DNA from: Pristiophorus japonicus | Lineage: Eukaryota | Direction of reading: 5' to 3' | DNA length: 64,000 nt | Assembly: GCF_044704955.1 (NCBI RefSeq) | Contig: NC_091992.1 | Coordinates: 53,196,001 to 53,260,000, forward strand | Shown here: positions 36,856-49,655 of the stretch, one piece after another | Numbering within the stretch: position 1 is the first letter of the stretch | Layout: every line of letters begins with the position of its first letter | Made by a program: the position numbers and the translations under genes | Notes under the pieces: generated by a model | What the model was told of the DNA's origin: nothing | The model's database searches: none | What the model saw: the letters and a program-made list of their open reading frames with translations, nothing else

Positions 36856-38774
36856 GTCAAGATGATATATCTTTTGTCTTTTCCAAGCTTGTGTTTTTGC
36901 AGAGGTGGGGGGGGGGGGCATTTTTCAACACGATTATGGCGATAATTACTAAATAACACTTCACATATATAGCGAATAATGAACTCAAATCTCCGGGTTA
37001 GTGAATACTGACTGCATGGATTTCAAGTCCTGTTATTTGAATTTGAATAGGGGTGCAATTATTTAGGTTAACGTTAAGTATAGTCGGATCTGTATTTTAG
37101 GAATCTACAAATATTTTATTTGTGACAGTACTGAGTTCTAAGTTGGTGCATGGCGTTCGATAGGACACTGTTGTGACTGAACGTCTATCTTCCTCCCCCT
37201 CCCCCAGCTTGTTTACTACATGGTGCTTTTATATTTGCTCATAATATTTTTCAGTTGCCACTCTCGAGAAGCGAGAAACTAATTAATCGGTATTTCCTGT
37301 TTGTGCAACTGAGTAATGTCAATCCTATAATAAAAGGTGTTTAAATGTATTTTTAACTAACTGCTTGAAATAGCTGCCGGCGAGTGGAGCAATTATGTAA
37401 CATCAGACGGAGGGGGGAGGGGGGCGGAACTCCACCAAGCCTGTGTGCAGAATAATAAAAAGCACATCATGTTTTCCGAATTAATGCCTGAACTGCCTGA
37501 ACCAATTTTTGAGAGCTGTTGGAGGTGTAAATTTACCCCCTCTCATTTAGACTGGATAGGGATTACGGGTGCTGGTCACCTTCCCATTCCCAATATATAT
37601 TTTTAATTGTCTTATCTCTCTCTTGGGATCTCCTCTGCACTATACACTAACCAATTGTCCAGTGGCCCTCTGTATCTGGCCACTAGGAGTCGGTGAGGGC
37701 AGCCAGCGGTAACTTCCATGCTATTTTGTCCCTCCCTCTGGACTGAAAATAAGATTTTTTTTTAGAAACAGGCAAAGTCCATTAGTTTCATTATTTTATA
37801 AATCTGCTGGTTTTAGATAGTGCTGAAATAGCAGAAAACTGTTTGACAATTTTAATTTCATTTGTTCGATTTTTCTTGGACACAAAGCCCTAGGAACAAG
37901 AAAGTGTTACTGTGCATCATTTGGATAAAGTCCCATTTCTCAGCCTAGTTTTGATATTTTCTATCAGAGTATGGTCCAATAGAAATCAGAGACCATTGTA
38001 GTCACAGGCACTAGTTTTAGTAAAAAACGCCTTACACACACTCACACCATACAAGTAAACGTACTTCATGTGTATATTTATTTAACAAATATCTACGACC
38101 ATCAGCAAAGAAGTAAAATAATGGCAGCGATCAAAACACATTGGTACACTGCTTTTTTACCAACAAAAGCAAAAAAAAAGTACACATGCATATGCCATGC
38201 AAATATGAGTATTGAGATCATATACCCAATGATGGTGTCTGTACTCATTTATTTGCTTATCAGAAATGCAATTAGCCACATCTGGATTCCCATATTAGTC
38301 GCATGTGGCTAGTGGCTAATGTATTGGACAAAACTGCTCTATCACAGAAACCTTCATTGCCATGGTCCAGTGTAATACTGTACCAGATTGATTGCACATT
38401 GTGCTAACGTAGAGGCTGAAATTAAAAGAGCTGAGAAATTAATTACTTGCGACTGTCTTACGGAACCAGTATATTCTGCTTAACCACAGCCACATTGATT
38501 TCTTGACTGTTGTTGCATTCTCTTGTGAGCCAGCAGTTCAAAACAAACCTGTGCTGCCCAAAACATGTACTGACAAAGTCAACACTTGGCAATAAACTGA
38601 ATTTTATGTTTACAAGACATGGTTTCCAAACAGGCTTATCTTAGATTCTGTGTGGATGACCCAAACTGCAAGAACATGTTCCATTAAATTCAGAATTCAC
38701 TTACTGCACATTTAGCATGCAACTCAATAGTGAATAGGGTGTAGTTCTCACAATGCAAATGCTCCACAATAATA

Positions 38775-40812
38775 GAACATAAGAACATAAGAATTCGGAA
38801 CAGGAGTAGGCCATCTAGCCCCTCGAACTTGCTCCGCCATTCAACAAGATCATGGCTGATCTGGCCGTGGACTCAGCTCCACTTACCCGCCCGCTCCCCG
38901 TAACCCTTAATTCCCTTATTGGTTAAAAATCTATCTATCTGTGACTTGAATACATTCAATGAGCTAGCCTCAACTGCTTCCTTGGGCAGAGAATTCCACA
39001 GATTCACAACCCTCTGGGAGAAGAAATTCCTTCTCAACTCGGTTTTAAATTGGCTCCCCCGTATTTTGAGGCTGTGCCCCCTAGTTCTAGTCTCCCCTAC
39101 CAGTGGAAACAAACTCTCTGCCTCTACCTTGTCTATCCCTTTCATTATTTTAAATGTTTCTATAAGATCACCCCTCATCCTTCTGAACTCCAATGAGTAA
39201 AGACCCAGTCTACTCAATCTATCATCATAAGGTAACACCCTCATCTCCGGAATCAGCCCAGTGAATCGTCTCTGTACCCCCTCAAAAGCCAGTATATCCT
39301 TCCTTAAGTAAGGTGACCAAAACTGCACGCAGTACTCCAGGTGCGGCCTTACCAATACCCTATACAGTTGCAGCAGGACCTCCCTGCTTTTGTACTCTAT
39401 CCCTCTCGCAATGAAGGCCAACATTCCATTCGCTTTCCTGATTACCTGCTGCACCTGCAAACTAACTTTTTGGGATTTAAGCACAAGGACCCCCAGGTCC
39501 CTCTGCACCGCAGCATGTTGTAATTTCTCCCCATTCAAATAATATTCCCTTTTACTGTTTTTTTCACCCCAAGGTGGATGACCTCACACTTTCCGACATT
39601 GTATTCCATCTGCCAAACCTTAGCCCATTCGCTTAACCTATCCAAATCTCTTTGCAGCCTTTCTGTGTCCTCTACACAACCCGCTTTCCCACTAATCTTT
39701 GTGTCATCTGCAAATTTTGTTACACTACACTCTGTCCCCTCTTACAGGTCATCTATGTATATTGTAAACAGTTGTGGTCCCAGCACCGATCCCTGTGGCA
39801 CACCACTAACCACCGATTTCCAACCCGAAAAGGACCCATTTATCCCGACTCTCTGCTTTCTGTTCGCCAGCCAATTCTCTATCCATGCTAATACATTTCC
39901 TCTGACTCCGCGTACTTCTATCTTCTGCAGTAACCTTTTGTGTGGCACCTTATCGAATGCCTTTTGGAAATCTAAATACACCACATCCATTGGTCCACCT
40001 CTATCCACCATGCTCATTCTATCCTCAAAGAATCCCAGTAAATTAATTAAACATGATTTCCCCTTCATGAATCCATGCTGCATCTGCTTGATTGCACTAT
40101 TCCTATCTAGATGTGCCGCTATTTCTTCCTTAATGATAGTTTCAAGCATTTTCCCCACTACAGATGTTAAACTAACCAGCCTATAGTTACCTGCCTTTTG
40201 TCTGCCCCCCTTTTTAAACAGAGGCGTTACATTAGCTGCTTTCCAATCCGCTGGTACCTCCCCAGAGTCCAGAGAATTTTGGTAGATTATAACGAATGCA
40301 TCTGCTATAACTTCCGCCATCTCTTTTAATACCCTGGGATGCATTTCATCAGGACCAGGGGACTTGTCTACCTTGAGTCCCATTAGCCTGTCCAGCACTA
40401 CCTCCCTAGTGACAGTGATTGTCTCAAGGTCCTCCCTTCCCACATTCCTGTGACCAGCAATTTTTGGCATAGTTTTTGTGTCTTCCACTGTGAAGACCGA
40501 AGCAAAATAATTGTTTAATGTCTCAGCCATTTCCACATTTCCCATTATTAAATCCCCCTTCTCATCTTCTAAGGGACTTTAGTCACTCTTTTCCGTTTTA
40601 TATATCTGTAAAAACTTTTACTATCTGTTTCTATGTTTTGCGCAAGTTTACCTTCGTAATCTATCTTTCCTTTCTTTATTGCTTTTTTAGTCATTCTTTG
40701 CTGTTGTTTAAAATTTTCCCAATCTTCCAGTTTCCCACTAACCTTGGCCACCTTATACGGATTGGTCTTTAATTTGATACTCTCCTTTATTTCCTTGGTT
40801 ATCCACGGCTGG
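38775..40812 (-). mobile_element. CR1 LINE, 5'-truncated, relatively young
   Basis: Long ORFs 39742-40545 and 38873-39538 carry complete RT motifs. The tail reads GAACATAAGAACATAAGAA on the + strand. Confidence 0.95.
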
Positions 40813-41419
40813 ATAATAATCTCCAGTAAATCACTGTGACACTGTATGGAGTCAGCCATCAATACAGCTGCAACCATATTGCTTTCCCTCCAGATGGCAA
40901 CCATTGGCTCTTGCTAGGGTGCAGTTCCATGGGGAATGGCAGCCTTGCAGTTCTTTTTTGCTCAAGTCTTTATGTGTGAGCATGTCAGTGACTGTCAGCA
41001 GGCTATTCAACTATCCAATCCTGTCTTCACCCAACACTCGCATGCTTGTACTTTTGATCAGTGCTCATTGAGTAGCAATCAGGAGTGGGAATTCTCGATA
41101 TATTTTTTTGCTTCGTAGCCCAGGCAGACTAAAGTACAAACCCCATTTGTGTTTACAGAACATCTGATACATAGATAGCAATCTCCCTGCCAATGATTCA
41201 GTAATTTTAGTCATTGAACCCCTAGGTCTGATCCCCAGTCCATGTTGGGTTAACTAGGGCAGTGGTAGAGGTACAATAATTGCATCAAATGCCCTGGGTT
41301 AGGGAAGGGTAAATGAGTCAGAGTTTCTCCTCTTTCCCCCATCCCATTTGATCTCTATCTAACAAGCCTTACTGGAAGTGTGCATTTGTGGATGTTGGAT
41401 GAGGACAGGATTGGTGTCA

Positions 41420-43440
41420 CTCTCTAGTTTCTCTCCTATCTCCCCTCATGCCCTCTCTGATCTCACCTTGCCCATGAGACCCACCTCCTGCTCTCTCGAC
41501 CATATTCCCGCTAAACTTCAGACCACTCAACTTCCCTTCTTGGCTCCCTTGTTAGCTGATATTGTTAAAAAAGGTGAGCGGCGGCCTGGAGCAGCGTGGA
41601 GGTCCCGACCTGTGAGAGAGCATCAGCGGCAGGTCGGGGCCATAAAAGGAGCGATAAGCGGCGGCCTGGAGCAGTGTGGTGGCGTACCACTGCAAAGTAC
41701 AGCGCGAGCTGGTGCAGGAGGTCGATGGCAGCGAAGAGGGCGCCTGAATTCGACGTCATCAAGGTCCAGGTCAGTGATTGGAGCGTCGGCAGGTACAGCA
41801 GGAGCAGCGAGGTCAGGGCGAAGGAGTGGCGAGTGATCGAAGAGCGACGCGATCAGGGCCCAGGAGAGGCATAGGCCCGGTGGCAGCACGGGCCAGCCCA
41901 CACGGCGATTGTGTGCATGCACTAGATCCGTGCAGCAGAGCTGGTCTCCAGTCGTCTTGGTCAATCCTTGCCACGAGACCAAGACCTAACTCTGTCAAGC
42001 CCGTGTGGTGGCTGGTGTGCAACGGCCACCACACGTTTAAAAAAAGAAATCCATGCACAGGCATCTTCCACCCTTCAGGATGTAGTTCAGGACCTGGAAC
42101 ATTAGGTCCTTCATTGAAACACCTGTGAACTCATCCCTTTTTGGCGTGGAAGCAAGTCATCCTCGATACGAGGGACCGCCTACGATGATGATTGTTAATG
42201 GTTCTCTCTCCCCAGGTACCGTCCCTCCTTCAAATCTGCCGTCATCACCACTCTCCTTTCAAAAATAACCTTGACCCCCCCTCTGTCCTGTTAAACTACT
42301 ACCCCATCTCCAACCTCCTTTTCCTCTCCAAAGTCCTTGAGCATGCTGTCATCTTCCAAATCCTTGCCCAGCTTTCCTGGAACGCCATGTTTGAATCCCT
42401 CCAATCAGGTTTCCGCCCCTGCCACAGTACTGAAACAGCTGTTATGAATGTCACAAATGACATCCAGCGTTAATGTGATAAAGGGAAACTATCCCTTCTC
42501 GACCTGTCTGTAGCCTTTGACACAGTTAATCACACCATCCTCAACGCCAGTCCACCATCATCCAGCTGGATGGGACTGCACTTGTCTGGTTCCATTCTTA
42601 TCTATCTACTCGTAGCCAGAGAATCACCCACAACGGCTTCTCTTCCTGCTCCTGCACCATTATCTCTAGCTTTCCTCGAGGATATATCCTCGACTACATG
42701 CTGCCCCACGGTGATATCATCCGAAAACACAGCGTCAGTTTCCACATGTGCATTGACGACACCCAGCTCTAGCTCACCACCATCTTTCTTGACTCCTGCA
42801 CTCTCTCTAAATTGTCAAACTGCTTGTCCAACATCCAGCAGAAATTTCCTCCAATTAAATATTGGGAAGACTGAAGCCATTGTCTTCAGTCTCCGCCACA
42901 AACTCCGTTCCCTAGCCACTGACTCCATCCCTCTCCCTGGCAACTTGTCTGAGGCTGCTGAACTAGACTGTTCACAACCTTAGCGTCATATTTGACCGAG
43001 TTGAGCTTCTGATCATATATCTGCACCATCCACCTCTGTAACATCGCCTGACTCTGCTCCTGCCTCAGCTCATCTGCTGCTGAAACTTTCATCCATGCTT
43101 TTGTTACCTCTAGATTTGACTGTTCCAAGGCATTCCTGGCTGACCTCCATGTTCTACCCTCCATAAACTTGAGGTCATCCAAAACTCGGCTGACTGTGTC
43201 CTAATTCGCACCAAGTCACGCTCACCCCTGTGCTCGTTGACCTTTATTGGCACCCGGTTAAGCAATGCCTCAATTTTTTAATTCTCATCCTTTTCAAATC
43301 TCTCTATGGCCTCGGCCTTGTCCCCGCCCTATCTCTGTAATTTCCTTCAGCCCTACAACCCTTCGAGATCTCTGCACTTCTCAGATTCTGGCACCTTGCG
43401 CATCCCCGATTTTAATCGTTCCACCCTTGGTGGCCGTGCT
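41420..43440 (+). mobile_element. L2-clade LINE RT fragment, decayed and split by the 41569-42190 insertion
   Basis: Peptides PTSCSLDHIP, YPISNLLFLSKVLE, LQSGFRPCHSTETA, DLSVAFDTV, FLQLNIGKTEAI and GGRAFS, which are typical of L2 rather than CR1. Confidence 0.85.
41569..42190 (+). mobile_element. Non-autonomous retroposon with RTE-derived 3' end and (TGA)n tail, 622 bp
   Basis: 8-bp TSD ATTGTTAA at 41561-41568 and 42191-42198. Its 3' end GTGGAAGCAAGTCATCCTCGATACGAGGGACCGCCTACGATGATG matches the RTE 3' UTR at 53066-53115. Confidence 0.85.
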
Positions 43441-44022
43441 TTCAGGGAGTTTACAGTACAGTCACGGAGCATGCAATACACTCGGCGATTCGTATAAAAC
43501 ATTCAGGGAGCATTGCAGCAATCTCTTGGAATAGTGTAATACATTCTGGGATCCATACAGCACTTTCGGAATTAGTATAAAACATTTAGATTATGTAGCA
43601 CACTTGGAATAGTATAACACATTCAGGGAGTGTGCAGCATACTCGGGAACTATATAACACATTCCGGGAGTAGTGCATCAAAAGCAGGGTTAGCATATCG
43701 CATTCAGGGAGTAGTGCAGCACACTTGATGATTAATGTAACACATTCAGGGAGTAGTGCAGCACACTTGATGATTAATGTAACACATTTAGGGAGTGTGT
43801 TGCACACTCGGATTAGTATAATTCGTTCAGGGAGTGTGCAACACATGGGGCTTAATATGACGCATTCAGGGACCGTACAACACATATGGGATTAGTGTAA
43901 CATATTTCATGGAGTGCACCACACTTGGGAATGAGTATCATGCATTTAGAGAGTGTGCCACACATTTGGAGATTAGATTAACACATTCAGGAAGTGTTCA
44001 GCACACTTGGGGATTAGTATAT
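43441..44022. repeat. Degenerate ~40-42 bp minisatellite, about 14 units
   Basis: Approximate consensus ACACATTCAGGGAGTGTGCAGCACACTTGGGATTAGTATA. Two adjacent identical 42-bp units occur at 43701-43784. Confidence 0.9.
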
Positions 44023-44059
44023 CAGTCTCGTGGGGTTACAGGGCGCAATTTCGAAATTT

Positions 44060-44945
44060 GCACATTACAAGATATTTGGAAGTGTAGTAAACAGTTCAGA
44101 AGATAGTAATAGACATCAAGAGAACATAGACAAGCTGGTGGAATGGGTGGACACATGGCAAGTGAAATTCAAGTGTGAGATGATGCATTTTGGTTGGAAG
44201 AATGAGGAGAGACAATACAAGCTAAATGGTACAAGTTTAAAGGGGGTGCAAGAACAGAGAGGGGGGTGGGGAGTGTTTGTGCCAAATCTTTGAAGGTGGC
44301 AGGACAGGTTAGCAAAGCAATTAATAAAGCACATGGGATCCTGGGCTCTATAAATAGAGGCATAGAGTACAAAAGCCAAGAAGTTATGCTAAACCTAAAT
44401 AAAACACTAGTTCAGCCCCAGCTGGACTATTGTATCCAATTCTGGACACCACACTTTAGGAAGGATGTGAAGGCTTTGGAGAGGGTGCAGAGGAGATTTA
44501 CTAGAATGGTCCCAGGGATGAGGGATTACAGTTACCTGGATAGATTGGAGAAGCTGTGTTTGTGCTCTTAGAGCAGAGAAAGCTAAGAGGAGATTTGATA
44601 GAGGTGTTTAAAGTCATGAAGGGTTTCGATAGAGTAAATTAAGAGAAACTGTTTCCAATGGCTGAAGGGTCGATAACCAGAGGGCACAGATTTAAGGTGA
44701 TTGGCAAACGAACCATAAGGAAAACATTTTTACGCAATGAATGGTTAGGATTTGGAATGCACTGCCTGATAGGGTGGTGTATGCATTAGTAGCCTTCAAA
44801 AGAGAATTGGATAAATACTTGAAAGAGAAACAAATGCAGGGATATGGGGAAAGAGCGGGGGAGTTTGGACTAACTGACTTGCTCTTCGAAAGAGCTGGCG
44901 CAGACTGGATGGGCTGAAAGGCCTCTTTCTGTGCTGTACTATTGT
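44060..44945 (+). mobile_element. CR1 LINE 3' fragment
   Basis: ORFs 44030-44293 and 44266-44571 (LDYCIQFWTPHFRKDVKALERVQRRFTRM), followed by a CR1-type 3' UTR. Confidence 0.9.
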
Positions 44946-45514
44946 ATGAATGGTAGATAATGGGTAAATAGTACAAATAGTGGGTGAGAAATTGGGCTTG
45001 GTGGCACCTTTTTTTTGGGGGGGGGGGGGCGCTATAAGCGGCCTTAGAGTTTCAAAATGGCATCCGAGGCACACACCCCGACTTGTGACATGAAGCGCAT
45101 CGGACACCATCTTGGTACAGGCATTAGCGAGAGTGTGGTGAACGTCTGCTGGAAGTATGCACAGCAGGCAGATCATGATGTCAATCAGCATGCATCACTG
45201 ATTTGACGCCAATGCTGCCTTTTTGCAGCTCATTAGTCCAGCCAATGCCCTCGCTTAACCTTGCATGGCTGAATATGTGGTCAGCAGCAGAAAGAATCCT
45301 CCACCAGAGCTATTTAAAGGGATCATCAACGAACAGGTTAGTTGCTGGTTGATTTCTTCTGGCTGCTGCTACATTTCTACCCGATTTTGCTGCTTTCCAC
45401 AGTTGTTTCAAAAGCCTACAGGGAGTGGTGTGGCAGGTGCTGAAGGACTTGTTCTGACTTCAAGGCTTCTGCATAAACGAGTTGCTCCCAGACTCCCAAG
45501 AGGCCTTCCTCTTG

Positions 45515-47379
45515 GAATGGAACACGACTGGGAGAATGAGCAGAGGCCATGCAAAGCAGGGCAAGCTGCTGGAAGAGGGAGGAGGGGGAGAAGGGCTCTC
45601 GGCAAGAAATTCTCCTACCTGAACCTCAGCGAGGAGCAATGTGAGAGACGTCTACGCTTCACTAAGGAGGTCCTCACTGAAATCTGCCAACTACTGCAGC
45701 CACAACTCCAACCTCAGAGCAGGGCAAGGACCACATGCCAGCGACTGTGAAGGTGACCGAGGCGATGAAGTTTTATGCGTCTGGTTCGTTTCAGGCTGGT
45801 TCTGGAGATACTGGCAACATTTCGCAGTTTGCCGTCTACTGTTGCATAAGGATGGCTCTCTATTCAAAGAGAGCTAACTTAATTTCATTTCCCCTTGCCA
45901 GAGACAAGCAGGCGGAGCGAGCACGAGGGTTTGCTCGGATTCCAGGTTTCCGCATGGTGCAGGGTGCCATTGGCTGCACGTACATTACGTTGTGGGTGCC
46001 ACATGTCAACTCTGCCATGTGCCGGAACCAAAAGGGATTCCACTCCCTCAACGTCGAGCTGGTGTGTGACCATAGGCAGCACATCATGCAGATCAATGCC
46101 CAGGATTCTGGCAGCAGTCACAATGCCATAATTCTGCAGCAGTCCGCTGTGCCAGCTGTATTTCAACCAGCACGGCAAATGAAACATAGAAAATAGGTGC
46201 AGGAGTAGGCCATTCAGCCCTTCGTGCCTGCAACACCATTCAATATGATCATGGCTGATCATGCAACTTTAGTACCCCATTCCTGCTTTCTCTCCATACC
46301 CTTTGATCCTTTTAGCTGTAAGGGCCACAGCTAACTCCCTTTTGAATATATCTAACGAACTGGCCTCAACAACTTTCTGTGGTAGAGAATTCCACAGGTT
46401 CACAATTCTCTGAGTGAAGAAGTTTCTCCTCATCTCAGTCCTAAATGGCTTACCCCTTATCCTTAGACATGACCCCTGGTTCTCAACTTCCCCAACATCG
46501 GGGACATTCTTCCTGCATCTAACCTGTCCAGTCCCGTCAGAATTTTATATGTTTCTATGAGATCCCTTCTCATTCTTCTAAATTCCAGTGAATATAAGCC
46601 TAGTCGATCCAGTCTTTCTTCTTATGTCAGTCCTGCCATCCCGGGAATCAGTCTGGTGAACCTTCGCTGCATTCCCTCAATAGCAAGAATGTCCTTTCTC
46701 AAATTAGGTGACCAAAACTGTACACAATATTCAAGGTGTGACCTCACCAAGGCCCTGTACAACTGCAGTAAGACCTCCCTGCTCCTATACTCAAATACTC
46801 TCGCTATGAAGGCCAACATGCCATTTGCCTTCTTCACTGCCTGCTGTACCTGCATGCCTACCTTCAAGACTGATGTACCATGGCACACAAGTCTCGTTGC
46901 ACCTCCCCTTTTCCTAATCTGTCACCATTCAGATAATATTCTGTCTTCCTGTTTTTGCCACCAAAGTGGATAACCTCACATTTATCTACATTATACTGGG
47001 CGCCAGGGCTATCCGCATGGCTCATAACTCCAGTTCGCAGCTTGCATACAGTGAGAGCCATGCTGCCCTGAGAAATGTGATAGAGCAGACCAATGGTGTG
47101 CTGAAGCAACAATTCTGCTGCCTGGACCACCCTGGAGGAGCCCTGCTATACTCGGCAGAGCTTGTCTCAAGATTTGTGGTGGTCTGCTGCATGCTGCACA
47201 ACCTTGCCATCATGAGGGCACAACCCTTGCCATCAGCTACCAGGCGAGAAACTGATGAGCAGGAGCACAACGTGGAAGAGGAGGACATGGAAAAGGAGGA
47301 GGCAGAAGAGGTAGGTAGGCAGCAACCCAGACAGCCCTTTTCTGCCCGGGCTGTACGTGAAGAGCTAATTCGAGTGTGA
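45515..47379 (+). pseudogene. Harbinger (HARBI1-like) DDE transposase pseudogene, split by a CR1
   Basis: SYLNLSEEQCERRLRFTKE, FYASGSFQ, VQGAIGCTYI (GAIDCTH), RNQKGFHSLNVELVCD and SGSSHNAIIL. After the CR1 it continues HAALRNVIEQTNGVLKQQFCCLD and CCMLHNLA, then an acidic tail. Catalytic Asp positions read G and N. Confidence 0.92.
46181..46997 (-). mobile_element. CR1 LINE 3' fragment inserted in the Harbinger transposase
   Basis: ORF 46622-46888 (HLEYCVQFWSP); tail GAAACATAGAAAATAGG at 46181. Confidence 0.92.
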
Positions 47380-47914
47380 TGCCAGTAACCACGACCTGAA
47401 TTCCCCATTCACCAACAGTCCCACATTCCTTACCTTTGCCCTGCTACTGACCATCACAGCATCCGCTTGGCCACGATGCAAAAATAAAAGTCTTCACAAA
47501 ATAAACATTCCAAATCAAATATATGCCATAATGCATACAAATGATCAGCCATGATGAATGGTGGTGCAGGCTCGAAGGGCCGAATGGCCTACTCCTGCAC
47601 CTATTTTCTATGTTTCTATGTAACACCCCAGTGGCTCCAGCATGGCTGGTGGAAGGCTGCTAACTTTCAGTGGAGGATACTGCAGGTGGTTTTTGAGAAC
47701 GACCTCGAGCAACTCTGGGCCTAGATGTCCTGGTTTCTGACTGCACCATCATGGCATGGGTGGCAGCTGGCTGACTGACAGGCAACAGTTGGTGGAGTGG
47801 CAGAGGTGGGAACATGAATGCTGTCATCCTGAGAGGGCAGCAGGCTCGTGCTCCGGGGAGCCACTGCCACTCCCCTGGGGCGGTGCCTCAGCAATCCAAG
47901 TAATCTTTTGGAAA

Positions 47915-48170
47915 ATTGCTGGACTGCTGTGTCTTGGTCTCCAGTCATCTTGGTTAACCCTTGCCACTGGATCAAGACCTAGCTCTGTCAAGCCTGTGAG
48001 GTGGCTGGTGTGCAACGGCCACCCCGCGTTAAAAGAATCCATGCACAGGCATCTTCCACCCTTCAGTATGTAGTTCAGGACCTAGAATGTCAGGTTCCTC
48101 ATTGAAACACCTGTGAACTCATCCCTTTTTGGTGTGGAAGCGGGTCATCCTCAATAGAGGGACTGCATAA
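47915..48170 (+). mobile_element. RTE-tailed non-autonomous element, third copy
   Basis: Aligns by eye with 41940-42185. Confidence 0.8.
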
Positions 48171-48977
48171 TACTAATACTGTGACACACTGCAAGCCTCT
48201 TTGCACACTGTAATCCAGAGCAATGCTGGCAACAGTCTGAGCTTGCATGGCAGCAAGCTGACCTTGCATGATTCAGTCTGAACTTTCTCTGCAGCACTCA
48301 AACTTTTGGTGGAAACTGCTTGTGGGCAGCTACAATGGAACTGAGACATCAGTGATCAGACACTGCATCATGGTTGGGTCCCCACAAGTGTGGTGTTGGA
48401 GTTGGCCACCATTTCCTTGCTGGAAAGGATGGGCTCCAAGCTCTGTGCCAAATTGGTGCCGGACTCCTCCATGCTACTTCACATTGAATGCAGGCTTTCT
48501 GGCAGGCTACCCAATACCCATCAGCTTTCTTCTATAGCCTGGCCCATTGAAGTCCGAGTCTGACTCCTCTGCAGCAGAACTCCTGTGCGACCTCTGAATG
48601 TTCTGACGAAAGGTCATCGATTAATATAACGCATTGAGGGAGTTTGCGGCACTCTTGAGGATTAGTATTAACGCATTCGGGGAGTAGTGCCGCTAGCATT
48701 GTGCAGTAAAATCAGGTCAGTAGTGCAAGACAGCACTAAAATTCAAAAGAGTAGGGGAGAAAATCAATTAAATCAAGTTGTGATTGAGTGACACAAAGGT
48801 CTGTAGACTATTGGAGTAAGGGAAGACTCAGAACATAAGAACATAAGAATTAGGAACAGGAGTAGGCCATCTAGCCCCTCGAGCCTGTACCGCCATTCAA
48901 TAAGATCAGAGAACTGAGGAGACCACAGGTTGTGGTAGTTAAAGAATGCTGGCACCAGGTAATTGTTTACGCATGAA

Positions 48978-49655
48978 GGGGCTGAAATTGTCCTGTTCAC
49001 CGCCTCCCTCCTGGGGCACTAATGGAGTGCAAAACTGTTTTTGCCTGGGAGGGCACTACCGGCTCCCACAAAATTGTGCGGGAGTTAGCGGAGGCGCGAA
49101 CAGAGTAGCGCCGCAATCCGCAAGTAGCGTGCACGGCGACCCCTTTTCGCTCCACGGTGGAAATTGCCTAGCACCCCATGAGGCTGCCACGGGCCAACCC
49201 CCGCTTCTGGGGCGGAAGTTAAAGGGGAGGTGCTCTGCGCTGTGTGCTGCCATTTTATTTATTTGGCCGTCTCACCGATCAGCCTGTGCTCCATTGATGT
49301 CGCGTGGTCCGGGCCGCGATCGTGCAGCTTGGCACTCCATTTGGGTGACGGTCTGCGGCTTTGGCACCACGCCACCCTGGTGACCCAGTGGAGGCCGTAA
49401 GAGGCCCTGCAGAGTTCACAGCGGCCCTCCCCTTTAATAGAAGGGGAGGATCATTGAAATGTGTTTGCGCTACGTGGAGAAGCTGCATAGCGCTGCCGAT
49501 CCCGCTCGTGTAGCGGCCCAGACACTGCTCCAACAGGAAGTGGAGCGCGCGACATTGCACTCCACTTCCTGTGAAGAGCGGTAACCCGAATATCGCGGAA
49601 GACCCGCCCCGACTAGGTTACCACCCCCAAACTGGACGTAACCCAATTTTGCCCT
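48978..49655. mobile_element. GC-rich Harbinger-type MITE
   Basis: Termini GGGGCTGAAATTG and CAATTTTGCCC. Related, in inverse orientation, to 63107-63883. Confidence 0.75.

Larger units (their letters stand above)
44982..48600 (+). mobile_element. Decayed autonomous-type PIF/Harbinger DNA transposon
   Basis: Left terminus GGGTGAGAAATTGG; DDE transposase on + (next feature); AATAAA at about 47482; GC-rich remainder that may be the decayed convergent second gene. The right end is not located. Confidence 0.7.

Noticed and set aside
36856-36945. Read-through C-terminus of ORF 36550-36945 (VKMIYLL...)
   Set aside because: Intronic: BCKDK homology stops at the GT donor after AAAEK and resumes at 59136.
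41950-42035. Twister or HDV-like ribozyme (UAA..GCC..AAGCCC resemblance)
   Set aside because: The P4 stem around UGUCAAGC and the T1 partner are missing, and the HDV P3/L3/P1.1 pattern could not be fitted.
43441-44022. CRISPR-like array
   Set aside because: Units are homologous over their whole length with no unique spacers, there are no cas genes, and the context is a vertebrate intron.
45515-47379. Domesticated HARBI1 gene
   Set aside because: Frameshifts, mutated catalytic residues and a CR1 insertion.
48602-48620. Penelope-type minimal hammerhead (CTGACGAAAGGTCATCGA)
   Set aside because: Truncated before the GAAA half, so at most a repeat remnant.
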